64,000 bases of DNA from Verrucomicrobiota bacterium (GTDB lineage: Bacteria > Verrucomicrobiota > Verrucomicrobiia > Limisphaerales > UBA9464). A model generated the notes under the pieces. The model was given only the letters and a program-made list of their open reading frames with translations, ran no database searches and was not told the origin of the DNA. A program made the translations under genes and the position numbers. The DNA lies in NCBI GenBank assembly GCA_043788645.1, contig JAYVTS010000144.1, positions 4,736 to 68,735 of the forward strand, given 5' to 3'. Position 1 is the first letter of the stretch; the number at the start of each line of letters is the position of its first letter. Positions 45,654 to 56,115 of the stretch are shown piece after piece.

Positions 45654-46631
45654 ATGGAAAAACGACTAGCTTCCCCCATGTCGATCTCTCGTCGTTGTTT
45701 TCTAACGACTGCCGGGTCCGGGGCGGTACTGGCGACCGCACTTGGGCAGGCGGCCCTGCTCTCCAAACGCGAAGTCAAAAAACCGGTTGCAAAACCCGCC
45801 CCGAAGGTGCCGCTGCAACCTTGGGATCGACCGCTCGTTGGTAGTCAACTCTACGGCTGGGGTCAGTATTGTCAGCGCGCCGGTAAACCCGTCGATCACG
45901 ATGAGATTTTCACCGCGCTCAAAATCGCGGGATATGACTACGCGGAAGGCACGCTGGACCTCGTGGACCACGCCGCAAATACGAAATTCTCCGAACGGCT
46001 CCGTTACCATGGGCTGATGCCGGTGAGCCTCTACACGGGCGGCGAATTTCACATCGTCGGCCGAGCCTCGCGGACCGCCCATTGGATTGCCGAAGCGGCC
46101 AAGGCCGCGAAAAAAGTCGGATTTGAAACCATCGTCTGTAATCCAGACGCCGTGGGGCGCGACAAAACGGATCCCGAACTGGCGATTCAAGCGTCTGCGT
46201 TGACCGAACTAGGACAAGAATTAAACCGTGCCGGAATGAAGTTGGGCCTGCACCAACACACCCCTGAATTTCGCAATCAAGCCCACGAGTTTCATGAAAC
46301 TTTCCGCCAGACCAAGCCAAATGAGGTCGGCTTTTGTATCGACACGCATTGGCTCTTCCGCGGTGGGGTCAAGCCGTTGGATGCCTTGAAACAATACGGC
46401 GATCGGGTCTGTGCCTGGCATTTGCGCCAGAGCCGAGGCGGGATTTGGTGGGAGGATTTGGACGAGGGCGATATTGACTATCCCGCCCTGGTAACCACGG
46501 CCCAGGCACAGAAAGTCCCTCTGCGTTTGACCGTTGAATTAGCGTTGGAAGAAGGTACCCTCATCAGTCGGGATGCGGCCACCAACCATGTTCGGAGTCG
46601 CCTGTGGGTGAAGCGGATGTTTGGTGTATAA
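45654..46631 (+). CDS. Sugar phosphate isomerase/epimerase (xylose-isomerase-like TIM barrel) with Tat signal
   Basis: Twin-arginine leader MSISRRCFLTTAGSGAVLATA. The body resembles AP-endonuclease-2/xylose-isomerase-like barrels, but this call is weaker than the others. Confidence 0.6.
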   Translation: MEKRLASPMSISRRCFLTTAGSGAVLATALGQAALLSKREVKKPVAKPAPKVPLQPWDRPLVGSQLYGWGQYCQRAGKPVDHDEIFTALKIAGYDYAEGTLDLVDHAANTKFSERLRYHGLMPVSLYTGGEFHIVGRASRTAHWIAEAAKAAKKVGFETIVCNPDAVGRDKTDPELAIQASALTELGQELNRAGMKLGLHQHTPEFRNQAHEFHETFRQTKPNEVGFCIDTHWLFRGGVKPLDALKQYGDRVCAWHLRQSRGGIWWEDLDEGDIDYPALVTTAQAQKVPLRLTVELALEEGTLISRDAATNHVRSRLWVKRMFGV

Positions 46632-46633
46632 GG

Positions 46634-49435
46634 TTAGTTTGGCCGAGCCGTCTGGGCCGGGCGGGTCTCCTGCGCTCCTTTTTTAAGAATCTTTTCCATT
46701 TCGTCATCGTCATCCATGGAGATAGATTTCATCCGTCGGGCTTGACCGTAATCGGGATCCTTCGGGTCGCGGGCCTTTTCCGGATCAAAGATGCGGGCAT
46801 CCACGGGACGAGCGTGGTACGGAGTAAAATCCGGCGTGGTCGTAAAACAGTCCGAGAAATCGTTGACGAGGGCATCGAACATATTCAGCGGCGGAAGACC
46901 AAAAATTTGATAGAGCGTCCGATGCATGCTGACGATGGTCGTGTGCCGATGGGATACATTTCCGCGCTTGGCCCAAGGGCTGATCACCAATAAAACACTC
47001 CGTTGCGCGTCGACATGGTCCGGTTCACCACCGGCATCGTCTTGGGTGACGAAAATGGCCATGTTCTTCCAATACTTCGTGCGGGAAAGAAATTCGACGA
47101 TGCGGCCGAGTGCGAGGTCGTTATCAGCCATCCAGGAGGCAAAATAGGGATAACCCTTGTCCGGCTTGGGATCAGCGCCGTGGTCGTTGCAGAGGGCAAT
47201 ATTCACAAACGATGGAAATCGGCGGAAGCCGTGCGTGTACCGGTGATTGACATCCTTCATGAACCAATGCGCCCGGTATTGATCCGGGATATTCATATTG
47301 AAGATCGGATAGCCGAAACAGGTGTTATCGTAGAGAACCTTGGGCATGGGCACATTGACGACCTCGCGGGCTCCCGTGGGAGCTTCGTCTGCTTCCTCTT
47401 CCACGCCCGGAAACTCAAACCCTTCCCCGTAATTCCGAAACCGGATGCGATGGCGCCCAAGATGATCCCACATCGAACCCGCTTCAGGATAGTCCTCCGG
47501 CATGAGCGAGCCATTCGAGCCCATGGAATAACGCCGTCCTGGGGCCGTGCTGTCCTTGTTAAATTTCCAACCGACCGAATAAGTCATTTGCATTAAGTTA
47601 TTCGGCTGCACGCCTACCAGCCAACGGTGTCCGACCCCGGAGGCTTCAGGTTCCATATAGAAATTATCGCTGACCGTGAATTCACGGGCGAGTTGGTTGT
47701 GATTCACCATCACCGCGGCGTGTTCCAGCGTGGGTTGACCGGGTTGTTTTATTGTCTGGTTCAACCCCCATCGCAACAACGTCGGGTCATTTCGAGCGCC
47801 CGGAATGCGATCAAAAATGGCATCGAAGGTATGGTTCTCTTTCGTGATGAAGACGACGTATTTGATTTGCGGCGACAGTTCTCCTGGAACGTTTGGAATC
47901 ACGGGAGAACTCATTTTTGCTCGGTCCGCCTCATGATTAATAATCCCATTATTTTCGAGGACGGTTTGGGTCAACGCAGCGAGATCGGCATCCTTCGGAA
48001 CCTCGAGAATGGAGAGGACCCCACGCATTCCTAAGAACTCACTTTGCGGAATCGCTGAGCCTCCGTTGGGGCCGTTACCGAAGCCTCGGAAACAAATACA
48101 CGCGAGCTGTTTTCCATCCGGGGAAACGGTGACGCGATAGGGATACCACGCGGTCGGAAGATGGCCTAGCACGGCCAATGTCTGACTATCGAGGATGGCG
48201 ATGGCGTTGATGCCGAGTTCGGTTACATAAAGGCGCCGTCCATCCGGAGAAACCACCATACCAGACGGATTTACGCCCCGAACATGCGCGACCAAAGGCG
48301 AAGGAACGAGGCGTTGGTGGGCTTCAATCACACCGGTGAGTGGATTGATCCGTTCGATTCGATCATTATTGCCGTTAGAGACGAAGAGCGAGTTTCCGCC
48401 CACGGCCAGGAAATTGGGCGCACTTCCGCCTACGGTTTTTCCATTATCCGACGCGGCCCCCATTAGTAGTCCGGTCTTGATGCGCCGCGTGACGGTGGCG
48501 TGGTCGGGTGGGGCCACGTTTAAGCCCCAGACAGAAAACGATTCTACCCCATTGGGATCGCCCAAGCCGGGGATTTTTCGACCTTCAAATTCCACGCCGT
48601 CGCGCGCGGCTCGACTGGGAAACCCAAAGGGGGGTCGAGTGAGACCTCGCGGATCGAATCGCGTGTCTTTTGGCGACGGGATTGGGCTATATTCAAAGAC
48701 CCCAATATTAGCGACAAACACTTGGTTCCCGATTTCGGCCAGCGCATAGGGATAACGCCCCACGGGCACTGATTGGACGATTTTGCCCCGGCGAAGATCA
48801 AAGACCACCACTCGAAAATTGGTGACGTCCGCGACGTACAAGTAGTTGCCGTCGGAACTGAGGCGAAGGTCAACAGCGTAACTATCCTGAAAATCTCGTC
48901 CGGCCACTGTGGAATTGAGTTCAAGCGGGCCGATGGACTGGCGAGTTGCCGTGCTAAAAACGAGGATGCTACCGGCCTCACCACCGCTCCAGTACAGCCA
49001 TTGGCCATCGGCTGAAAACTCCGCGCCGCCGCTATTGCGTTGGCCATTTTTATGGGGATCACTGGTGGCAGGGAGCGGTTGCAGAGCGACTATCTGAGGT
49101 GAAGCACTTTGCCATTCCGAGATCAATTGTCCCACCCCTTCGTTGGCAACGAACAGCTGTCGTCCATCCCGACTCATCACCAATCCATAGGGCAATCGTC
49201 CGACGGGAAAGTGGCGACCGACTGGCTTGAGCCACCGACCATTGGAGAGAATGGTAACCCCGTGTGGATCGTGGGTCGCGTAGGTTTCCCAGGAGGGCGC
49301 GTGGAGGTAGGGGGGCGACTGGGGCGGTAGGGTTGGCAAACCAGCGGCAAGTATCGCGCCGCAGGTGAGCCATCCGAAAAACGCTTCGCAAAATTGTGCT
49401 AGGAAGTTAATGGAGGGAGGGTGGTGAACGATCAA
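46634..49435 (-). CDS. Bifunctional beta-propeller (YncE/YVTN-like) / phosphoesterase family protein
   Basis: The N-terminal half has repeated propeller blades (GQWLYWSGGEAG, GNYLYVADVTNF, GRRLYVTELGINAIAILD). The C-terminal half has phosphoesterase (PLC/AcpA) motifs VVFITKENHTFDAIFDRIPG and IFVTQDDAGGEPDHVDAQRS. Confidence 0.8.
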   Translation of the reverse strand: MIVHHPPSINFLAQFCEAFFGWLTCGAILAAGLPTLPPQSPPYLHAPSWETYATHDPHGVTILSNGRWLKPVGRHFPVGRLPYGLVMSRDGRQLFVANEGVGQLISEWQSASPQIVALQPLPATSDPHKNGQRNSGGAEFSADGQWLYWSGGEAGSILVFSTATRQSIGPLELNSTVAGRDFQDSYAVDLRLSSDGNYLYVADVTNFRVVVFDLRRGKIVQSVPVGRYPYALAEIGNQVFVANIGVFEYSPIPSPKDTRFDPRGLTRPPFGFPSRAARDGVEFEGRKIPGLGDPNGVESFSVWGLNVAPPDHATVTRRIKTGLLMGAASDNGKTVGGSAPNFLAVGGNSLFVSNGNNDRIERINPLTGVIEAHQRLVPSPLVAHVRGVNPSGMVVSPDGRRLYVTELGINAIAILDSQTLAVLGHLPTAWYPYRVTVSPDGKQLACICFRGFGNGPNGGSAIPQSEFLGMRGVLSILEVPKDADLAALTQTVLENNGIINHEADRAKMSSPVIPNVPGELSPQIKYVVFITKENHTFDAIFDRIPGARNDPTLLRWGLNQTIKQPGQPTLEHAAVMVNHNQLAREFTVSDNFYMEPEASGVGHRWLVGVQPNNLMQMTYSVGWKFNKDSTAPGRRYSMGSNGSLMPEDYPEAGSMWDHLGRHRIRFRNYGEGFEFPGVEEEADEAPTGAREVVNVPMPKVLYDNTCFGYPIFNMNIPDQYRAHWFMKDVNHRYTHGFRRFPSFVNIALCNDHGADPKPDKGYPYFASWMADNDLALGRIVEFLSRTKYWKNMAIFVTQDDAGGEPDHVDAQRSVLLVISPWAKRGNVSHRHTTIVSMHRTLYQIFGLPPLNMFDALVNDFSDCFTTTPDFTPYHARPVDARIFDPEKARDPKDPDYGQARRMKSISMDDDDEMEKILKKGAQETRPAQTARPN

Positions 49436-49700
49436 GTGATTGCAAGTTGCTCACGTTTTCTCCCAATGCGGGCTCAGCATCCGATGGTGCCGGTGCTTGG
49501 TTTAATGCGGCCAATAGTTCGCGGGCGTCGGCGACTTGTTCATCCCGCAAGATCCATAATTCGGCCTGGAACGGTGCGTTACCCGGCCAACTTGCGCTAA
49601 TATTGTCGTTGCGAATTTCACAGGCAATCCCGGCTGATTCCAACTGACTGTGAAGGAGCCCAATTTGCGCACTCTCTGAAGTTGTAAAAAGTCTGGTCAT
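49407..49700 (-). CDS. DUF2007 domain protein (putative signal-transducing protein fold)
   Basis: ESAQIGLLHSQLESAGIACEIRND...ELWILRDEQVADARELL matches the DUF2007 pattern. Confidence 0.7.
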   Translation of the reverse strand: MTRLFTTSESAQIGLLHSQLESAGIACEIRNDNISASWPGNAPFQAELWILRDEQVADARELLAALNQAPAPSDAEPALGENVSNLQSLDRSPPSLH

Positions 49701-49761
49701 AAGAGCATTGAAGAAGGAACGGGCGGGACGTCGGAGGCAGGGAGGTGGGGAACTGATTCAT

Positions 49762-49983
49762 TCACGCGGTTCGACAGGTCGGCTTTCTCCAGCCGAGCCA
49801 GCGGGCGGGAAGAAAAAGTACCGCTTCCAGGAGCGCGAAGGCCGCCCGAAATGTCAGCCCAACGACCCGGAAGGGCAGGGCAATCAGCCACACCAACGGA
49901 AAAAGCATCAGTGCGAGGAGGGCGATTGGCCAGCACAGCACGAGTAAGAGACACCATCCGATCAGAAGAATCAGCATCTTCAT
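49762..49983 (-). CDS. Small hydrophobic membrane protein
   Basis: 73 aa with two to three TM helices (MLILLIGWCLLLVLCWPIALLALMLFPLVWLIALPF) and no recognised family. Confidence 0.45.
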   Translation of the reverse strand: MKMLILLIGWCLLLVLCWPIALLALMLFPLVWLIALPFRVVGLTFRAAFALLEAVLFLPARWLGWRKPTCRTA

Positions 49984-50466
49984 ACCCCAAACGTTCCACG
50001 TTCTAGGCGTACGTCAATACTGGGCACCAAGCGGTCTCTCCCGAATCATTTTCCAGCAGCGGTGAATACTTCACCTCTATCGGCCTCCCGCCGAGATTCC
50101 ATTAGGAGGACCCCTCCATCGAATGGTGAACTCGACACGCGAGTGGTCCGGCGGCATCAACAAAACAGCGCGAGTCACGGAGCAGCGGACACAATGTTTT
50201 GGTCGCGTGCCGTTGCTCATGGGTCATCGAAGCGCTGCGGGTACCTGCTCGCGAAGCCGCTGAATCATCCTCCGGTTCCCTCGCTGACTCCGTGGTGATG
50301 ACGGACCGTCTCGCCACGGTGTTGGAATCAGCCATTAAACGCAAACCGGGACAAACTCCTTTGCGAGTGACTCCGGATGTCTCGGGGCGCTTGTCGCGAG
50401 ATTGTAACCCAGAGGTATTCTTGATGACTCATCGCTTGAATACTTATGGGACTGGTCCAAATAAAA

Positions 50467-51099
50467 ATGAAAAATACATTCCGATTAGCACTTGGTTCTG
50501 CGGCCGTGATGGGCGCGCTCCTCAGCCCGCCGACAACGCTTGCCACCAGCATTTACCACGTTGACCTCAACACCGCGGCTTTGGCGTCCAATCCCAATGG
50601 TCCCTTTGCCCTTGATTTTCAACTCACGGACGGCGATGGCGTCCAGAATACCCAAGCAGTTGTCAAGAACCTCACCTTCAGCGGTGGCAGTCCGGTCGGC
50701 AGTCCGGACCTCACGGGGGGCGCTTTCGGAGACCTTTCGTCGACCGTAATGCTCCAGGATAGCACCTTTTATAACGATCTTTTTCAGGGTTTCACCTCGG
50801 GGCCTACCGTTTCCTTTGATCTCTGGGTGACGACCGGTGCTTCAGGACCCGTGCCCGACAGTTTTGCTCTAGGAATTGGGAGTGCCCTGGATGGTGGCAA
50901 GAACTTCTTTGATGTGTTCGTCCAGCTGGACATCCGCAGTAGCGGTCAAAGCCTCTCGATTACCAGCCCGCAAGATGGGGTGAGTGCTGCCGTTCGGGTT
51001 CCCGACAACGGCTCGCTGGTATCCTTCGCAATGGCCTTGGCCTCTCTCGGCCTTTTTGGCGCACGCATGGGCACCCGCAATGCTCAGGTGAACCCTTGA
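50467..51099 (+). CDS. Secreted protein with VPDSG-type PEP-CTERM sorting tail
   Basis: Signal peptide MKNTFRLALGSAAVMGALLSPPTTLA. The C-terminus VPDNGSLVSFAMALASLGLFGARMGTRN has the motif, a TM helix and a basic cluster, as in the verrucomicrobial VPDSG-CTERM variant. Confidence 0.75.
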   Translation: MKNTFRLALGSAAVMGALLSPPTTLATSIYHVDLNTAALASNPNGPFALDFQLTDGDGVQNTQAVVKNLTFSGGSPVGSPDLTGGAFGDLSSTVMLQDSTFYNDLFQGFTSGPTVSFDLWVTTGASGPVPDSFALGIGSALDGGKNFFDVFVQLDIRSSGQSLSITSPQDGVSAAVRVPDNGSLVSFAMALASLGLFGARMGTRNAQVNP

Positions 51100-51125
51100 A
51101 TTTTCAACCCTCAGCTCAAACCAGC

Positions 51126-53456
51126 ATGATCCAAACCAAAAACTCAAACTTTTTGATCCCATCAAAAAGTATCCCGGTATTAGCCGGTCTCGTTTTATTC
51201 GCTTCGAGTTCAGTAAGCGCGGCTTTCTCTTTTGTCGGTGTGGCTGCCGGGGATGCGTCGACCACGGGCGCCATTCTCTGGACTCGCGGCGTCGACGACA
51301 GTTCCCCGGCCGCCGCTTTGGTAACGGTACAGGTCTCGACTGACCTCACTTTTTCGTCGATCTCGGTCAGTTCTAGCGAGCTGACCAACCCCGCCCGCGA
51401 CTATACAATCAAGTTTGGCGTGACGGGGCTTTCGCCTTCAACCGTTTATTACTATCGGTTTGTCGGGCCGAGTTCGGAGTTGAGCGTGATCGGGCGATTC
51501 AAGACCGCGCCCGACCCGGCCGCCGCCGTTCCGATTCACTTTGCCTTCAGCGGCGACAACGATGGCCTCATGCGTCCGTACGCTTTGGCGAGTGTGTTCC
51601 CGGCGCAAAACCTGGACTTCTATATTAACCTCGGCGACGTCATTTATGAAAATTTGAGCGATTTAACGAAGAGTGGAGTTCATAACGGTGCGTCGTGGTT
51701 GAACTCACCTTCCGTCAAACTATCCAATGATTCCTTGAGCTTTAACGGCGTTCCCAGGGGGCTCATCCCCGGCGGCACACCCTTCGCTACGCAAGCCCAA
51801 TTGAAGGCGGATTACGAAAAGAAATACCGTGAAAACTTCCTGCCGGTAAATAGCGGCGGCCAGAATTCCCTTCAAGTGCTCTATTCAGCACAGGGCAATT
51901 ACACCACCTGGGACAACCACGAATTGGGCAACCGCAAGTACATCGATGGCGGCGCTCGTGCGGGAGGATCGGTGGGAGGCGCTAACGGGAATGATATGCT
52001 CACAGGCCGGGGCGTTGATGCGCGGAATAACGTCGGCGGCAACGTTGGAAACGTGAACGACGTCAACACCTCACCGACCGATTACATGAATCGCTCGACG
52101 GGATTCCTGACCCTCGAAAACGTGTTCCTGGCCTACCAACCGATCGCAGACCGGGGCTTGGTCAATGCGCCGACCGACCCCCGCAGCCACGGGACAGAGT
52201 TACTCTACAACGCCCAGCAGTGGGGAAGGAATGCGATTTATATCAACACCGACGCTCGATCTTACCGGGATCTCCGTCTCAAGACGCCCACCGCCAGCGC
52301 GGACGATACCGGTTCTCGGGCGGACCATCCGAGTCGCACTTATCTTGGCACCACCCAGTTTGTTTGGCTGAAACAGACTCTGTTAAATGCCGAGCAAAAT
52401 GGGACGTTGTGGAAATTCGTCTCCGTCTCCGATCCCATTGACGAGATTGGGCCCATTGCCGGAGTGCTCACGAGCGTTACCGCGGCGGCGATGCAACCCT
52501 TCAGCGGAAATCTCGCGTATGGTCCCGTCAATGCCGACGGTGGCAAGGCGTACCTCGGCGGTTACCGCGCAGAGCGCAACGCGTTGTTAAAATTCATCGC
52601 GGATAACCAGATTAAGAATGTGGTCTTCCTCTCTACGGACGATCACCAGAATCGCATCAATGAAGTTTTGTATTCGCCGTCTGGCCGCACCGGCCCCGGC
52701 TCGGTGGGGTTCGCCCAATCGGACTACGTGAAGGTGCCCTATTGCTTCTCGATCGTGTGCGGGCCGCTCGGGGCCACTGGCCCGGACCTGTTCAAAAACC
52801 ATGACTGGGCCAGCATTCAAGGAGCCGCCAACTTGGTTGCGGACGCCGAGACGGCCGCCGGGGTCGAGCCCATTGGCATCAAAGGCTACCCAGGATTGCA
52901 CGATGTCAAACGTGATCAGAATGGAATACTGGTCGCTGAACCCACGCCCCAGGCGGCGGACTTCTACAGCCCAGACACCTTTAACTTCGACGTGCTCGAT
53001 GTGACCGCCGACGGCCGGACGTTGACGGTGGTCAGCTTCGGCATGAGTGCCACCGCGCAGAACGCGGGAATCGAATACCCCGATGGCCCACAGGCCCACA
53101 CGATCCTTACCTTCCAAGTGGACGCCGCGACTCGCCCGGATATCACGTTCAGCGGGTTTGTATTGGATCGCCGCACCAACAAGATGCTGCAACGGGTGAC
53201 CGTGGTGAACCACGGAATGGCTCCAATCAGTGGGCCGATCTACTTGGCACTCGACAGTCTCTCGGCCAGCACCTCCCTCGCCAATAGCGTCGGGTCCACC
53301 GAGAATGCCCTCCCCACGGGTAGCCCCTATGTGAAAGTGTCGTCGGAATCCCTCGCTCCAGGTGCTTCCGTAGTCGTCGACTTGCAGTTCACTCGTCCGC
53401 TTTCAGGCGGTATTATCTACCACGCCCGGAGCGTATCGGGATTGTTGACTCCGTGA
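51126..53456 (+). CDS. Large PhoD-like alkaline phosphatase/phosphodiesterase family protein
   Basis: Signal peptide, then FVGVAAGDASTTGAILWTRG, YYYRF, HFAFSGDNDG, TWDNHELGN and FLSTDDHQNRI. A TTG at 51096 overlapping the upstream TGA is an alternative start. Confidence 0.8.
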   Translation: MIQTKNSNFLIPSKSIPVLAGLVLFASSSVSAAFSFVGVAAGDASTTGAILWTRGVDDSSPAAALVTVQVSTDLTFSSISVSSSELTNPARDYTIKFGVTGLSPSTVYYYRFVGPSSELSVIGRFKTAPDPAAAVPIHFAFSGDNDGLMRPYALASVFPAQNLDFYINLGDVIYENLSDLTKSGVHNGASWLNSPSVKLSNDSLSFNGVPRGLIPGGTPFATQAQLKADYEKKYRENFLPVNSGGQNSLQVLYSAQGNYTTWDNHELGNRKYIDGGARAGGSVGGANGNDMLTGRGVDARNNVGGNVGNVNDVNTSPTDYMNRSTGFLTLENVFLAYQPIADRGLVNAPTDPRSHGTELLYNAQQWGRNAIYINTDARSYRDLRLKTPTASADDTGSRADHPSRTYLGTTQFVWLKQTLLNAEQNGTLWKFVSVSDPIDEIGPIAGVLTSVTAAAMQPFSGNLAYGPVNADGGKAYLGGYRAERNALLKFIADNQIKNVVFLSTDDHQNRINEVLYSPSGRTGPGSVGFAQSDYVKVPYCFSIVCGPLGATGPDLFKNHDWASIQGAANLVADAETAAGVEPIGIKGYPGLHDVKRDQNGILVAEPTPQAADFYSPDTFNFDVLDVTADGRTLTVVSFGMSATAQNAGIEYPDGPQAHTILTFQVDAATRPDITFSGFVLDRRTNKMLQRVTVVNHGMAPISGPIYLALDSLSASTSLANSVGSTENALPTGSPYVKVSSESLAPGASVVVDLQFTRPLSGGIIYHARSVSGLLTP

Positions 53457-53752
53457 TTGATTTTTAGAGGCGTATTCAGCACCCAGCCGCCGGATGGACC
53501 GAGCGATTCCATCCGGCGCGTGGTGGGTGCTGATTCCACCCAGACCAGTATCGAAAAATCCGGGTGCGAACTGCCCCTATCAACTGAGTTGCGAGCGAAG
53601 ACGTACCCGGTGTCGACCTCGCTGACAAAAAACAGCGGTTGGTATTCGGGTGGATGCGCTGGGCAACGACGGCGAGTGCTTCGGCTGTGTCGGATCGTGA
53701 CTGCACGGAGGTTTTGCATTGCGCCTGCCATCGGGGCGGACAATCTCCCGGG

Positions 53753-55936
53753 ATGAAGACCCCTCGTCTATTTGTCCTCGGAAATCTGCTCGCGTTGGCG
53801 GTTGGATGCTCGACTCGATCAAACCTGAGTCCATCCGCTCCACCGCCCCCCGTCTCGACCTCTCCAAGCATTGCCCCAGTGAAACCTTCCGCTCTCAAAT
53901 ATCCAATCACCGCGAAAGTCGACGTGGTGGACGACTATTTCGGGACCTCGATAGCGGATCCCTATCGGTGGTTGGAGGATGATCATTCGGCGGAGACGAA
54001 AGCCTGGGTGGAAGCGCAAAACTCGGTCACCTTTGGCTATTTGGGTCAACTTCCGCAACGAGCGGCACTCAAGGCACGTTTGCGAGAATTATTCAATTTT
54101 GAACGTTTTGGGACTCCTTACCGACGAGGTAATCGTTACTTTTACAGTTACAATTCGGGGCTCCAAAACCAATCGGTTTGGTTTACCACTACGGCCCTCG
54201 ATCAACCCGGGACCTTGTTGCTGGATCCGAACACGTTATCCACGGATGGCACGGTTTCTACGGGTGGACCGGTGGCCTCCGAAGACGCACGATTCGTCGC
54301 GTATCAAATTTCGCGGAGTGGCAGCGATTGGCAGGAGGTTCGGGTGCGCGAGGTGACGACGGCGACGGATCTCACCGATCGGTTGGAATGGGTCAAGTTT
54401 AGTGGTCTATCGTGGTTGAAAGACAGTTCGGGTTTTTTTTACAGCCGTTATGCGGCGGCGCCTGAAAATCAAAAGCTGACTCAGGTGAATGAGAATCAGA
54501 AATTTTACCTCCACCGCCTTGGAACGACGCAAAATGAAGATCAGCTGATTTATGAACGGCCGGATCATCCAAAATGGGGCATTGGCGGAGCGGTGACCGA
54601 TGATGGGCGGTATCTCATTCTCACCTTGAGTGAAGGAACGGACGTCAAGAATCGCGTGAGCTATCGAGACCTCACGCAACCGGACGCGCCGGTGGTGGAG
54701 TTGTTAATGGATTTCGATGCGTCGTATGATTTCGTGGGCAATGACGGTCCAGTTTTCTGGTTCAAGACGGATCTCGCCGCTCCTCGCGGTCGAATTTTGG
54801 CCGTGGATACCCGGAACCCGGCTCGGAGCAACTGGCGCGAGTTGATTCCACAAAATGAAGCAACCCTCACCGCGGCGAACGTGGTTGGCGACCGGTGGGT
54901 AGTGGACTATCTCAAGGATGCGCGCAGTCAGGTAAAACGGTTTCGGCTCGATGGCACCTTTGAATCGGAGATCCAACTTTCTGGGATCGGCAGCGCCAGC
55001 GGATTCGGTGGGCAACGGAGTGACACGGAAACCTTCTATAGTTTTACCAGTTTTAATATTCCGGGCCGGATCTATCGGTACGATTTTTTGACGGGCCGAA
55101 GTACCCTCTGGAAGGAGCCCAAGGTGGCCTTCAATCCGGACGATTACGAAACCAAACAAGTGTGGGTGACCAGCAAAGATGGAACAAAACTGCCCATGTT
55201 TATTAGCCATAAAAAGGGGTTGAAACTCCAGGGCATGAACCCGACGCTTTTATATGCTTACGGCGGGTTTAATATCTCACTGACTCCGAGTTTCAGTGTG
55301 GGGAATCTAGTCTGGATGGAGCAAGGTGGCGTATATGCGGTGCCCAATTTGCGGGGTGGGGGTGAGTACGGTGAAGAGTGGCATCAGGCGGGGACTAAAT
55401 TGCGAAAACAAAATGTCTTTGACGATTTTATCGCTTCCGCCGAGTGGTTAGTTCAGAACCAATATACCCAACCGAAACGGCTGGCCATTCAGGGAGGTTC
55501 CAACGGAGGGTTACTGGTGGGGGCGTGTCTGACCCAACGCCCGGATTTGTACGGGGCATGTCTTCCCGCGGTGGGCGTGATGGATATGTTGCGGTTTCAC
55601 AAGTTCACCATTGGTTGGGCTTGGAAAAGCGATTACGGGTCGAGCGAAAATCCGGATGAGTTTCGAGCCTTGCGCGCTTATTCGCCCTATCATCACTTGA
55701 AGCCCGGGGTGAGTTACCCGCCGACCTTGATCACGACGGCCGACCATGACGACCGGGTCGTACCGGCGCATAGTTTTAAGTTTGCCGCGCGGTTACAGGA
55801 GGTGCAGAGCGGCTTGAATCCGGTCTTGATCCGAATTGAGACTAAGGCGGGCCACGGTACGGGCAAGCCGGTGAGCAAACAGATCGAGGAACGCGCCGAC
55901 CAATTGGCGTTTATCTTGGCCCAATTCGAGAAGTGA
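53753..55936 (+). CDS. Prolyl oligopeptidase family serine peptidase (lipoprotein)
   Basis: Lipobox LAVGC, DPYRWLED, propeller domain, and the catalytic triad context GGSNGGLLVG ... DHDDRVVPAHS. Confidence 0.9.
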   Translation: MKTPRLFVLGNLLALAVGCSTRSNLSPSAPPPPVSTSPSIAPVKPSALKYPITAKVDVVDDYFGTSIADPYRWLEDDHSAETKAWVEAQNSVTFGYLGQLPQRAALKARLRELFNFERFGTPYRRGNRYFYSYNSGLQNQSVWFTTTALDQPGTLLLDPNTLSTDGTVSTGGPVASEDARFVAYQISRSGSDWQEVRVREVTTATDLTDRLEWVKFSGLSWLKDSSGFFYSRYAAAPENQKLTQVNENQKFYLHRLGTTQNEDQLIYERPDHPKWGIGGAVTDDGRYLILTLSEGTDVKNRVSYRDLTQPDAPVVELLMDFDASYDFVGNDGPVFWFKTDLAAPRGRILAVDTRNPARSNWRELIPQNEATLTAANVVGDRWVVDYLKDARSQVKRFRLDGTFESEIQLSGIGSASGFGGQRSDTETFYSFTSFNIPGRIYRYDFLTGRSTLWKEPKVAFNPDDYETKQVWVTSKDGTKLPMFISHKKGLKLQGMNPTLLYAYGGFNISLTPSFSVGNLVWMEQGGVYAVPNLRGGGEYGEEWHQAGTKLRKQNVFDDFIASAEWLVQNQYTQPKRLAIQGGSNGGLLVGACLTQRPDLYGACLPAVGVMDMLRFHKFTIGWAWKSDYGSSENPDEFRALRAYSPYHHLKPGVSYPPTLITTADHDDRVVPAHSFKFAARLQEVQSGLNPVLIRIETKAGHGTGKPVSKQIEERADQLAFILAQFEK

Positions 55937-56115
55937 ACCGGGGCGGAACTCAACCCAAAGGGTTTGTCACCAGCTCACGACAACCAATGGGCGGAACGTT
56001 TCGCTTTTTCCCATGGTCCGATTCAAACACAACGCGACTCGGGCGTGAAGGGAGCAAGGCGATGAGACGGAGCGCGGGCCTCGACTCCGCGTCAGGCACC
56101 TGCAATGCTCTCCGG

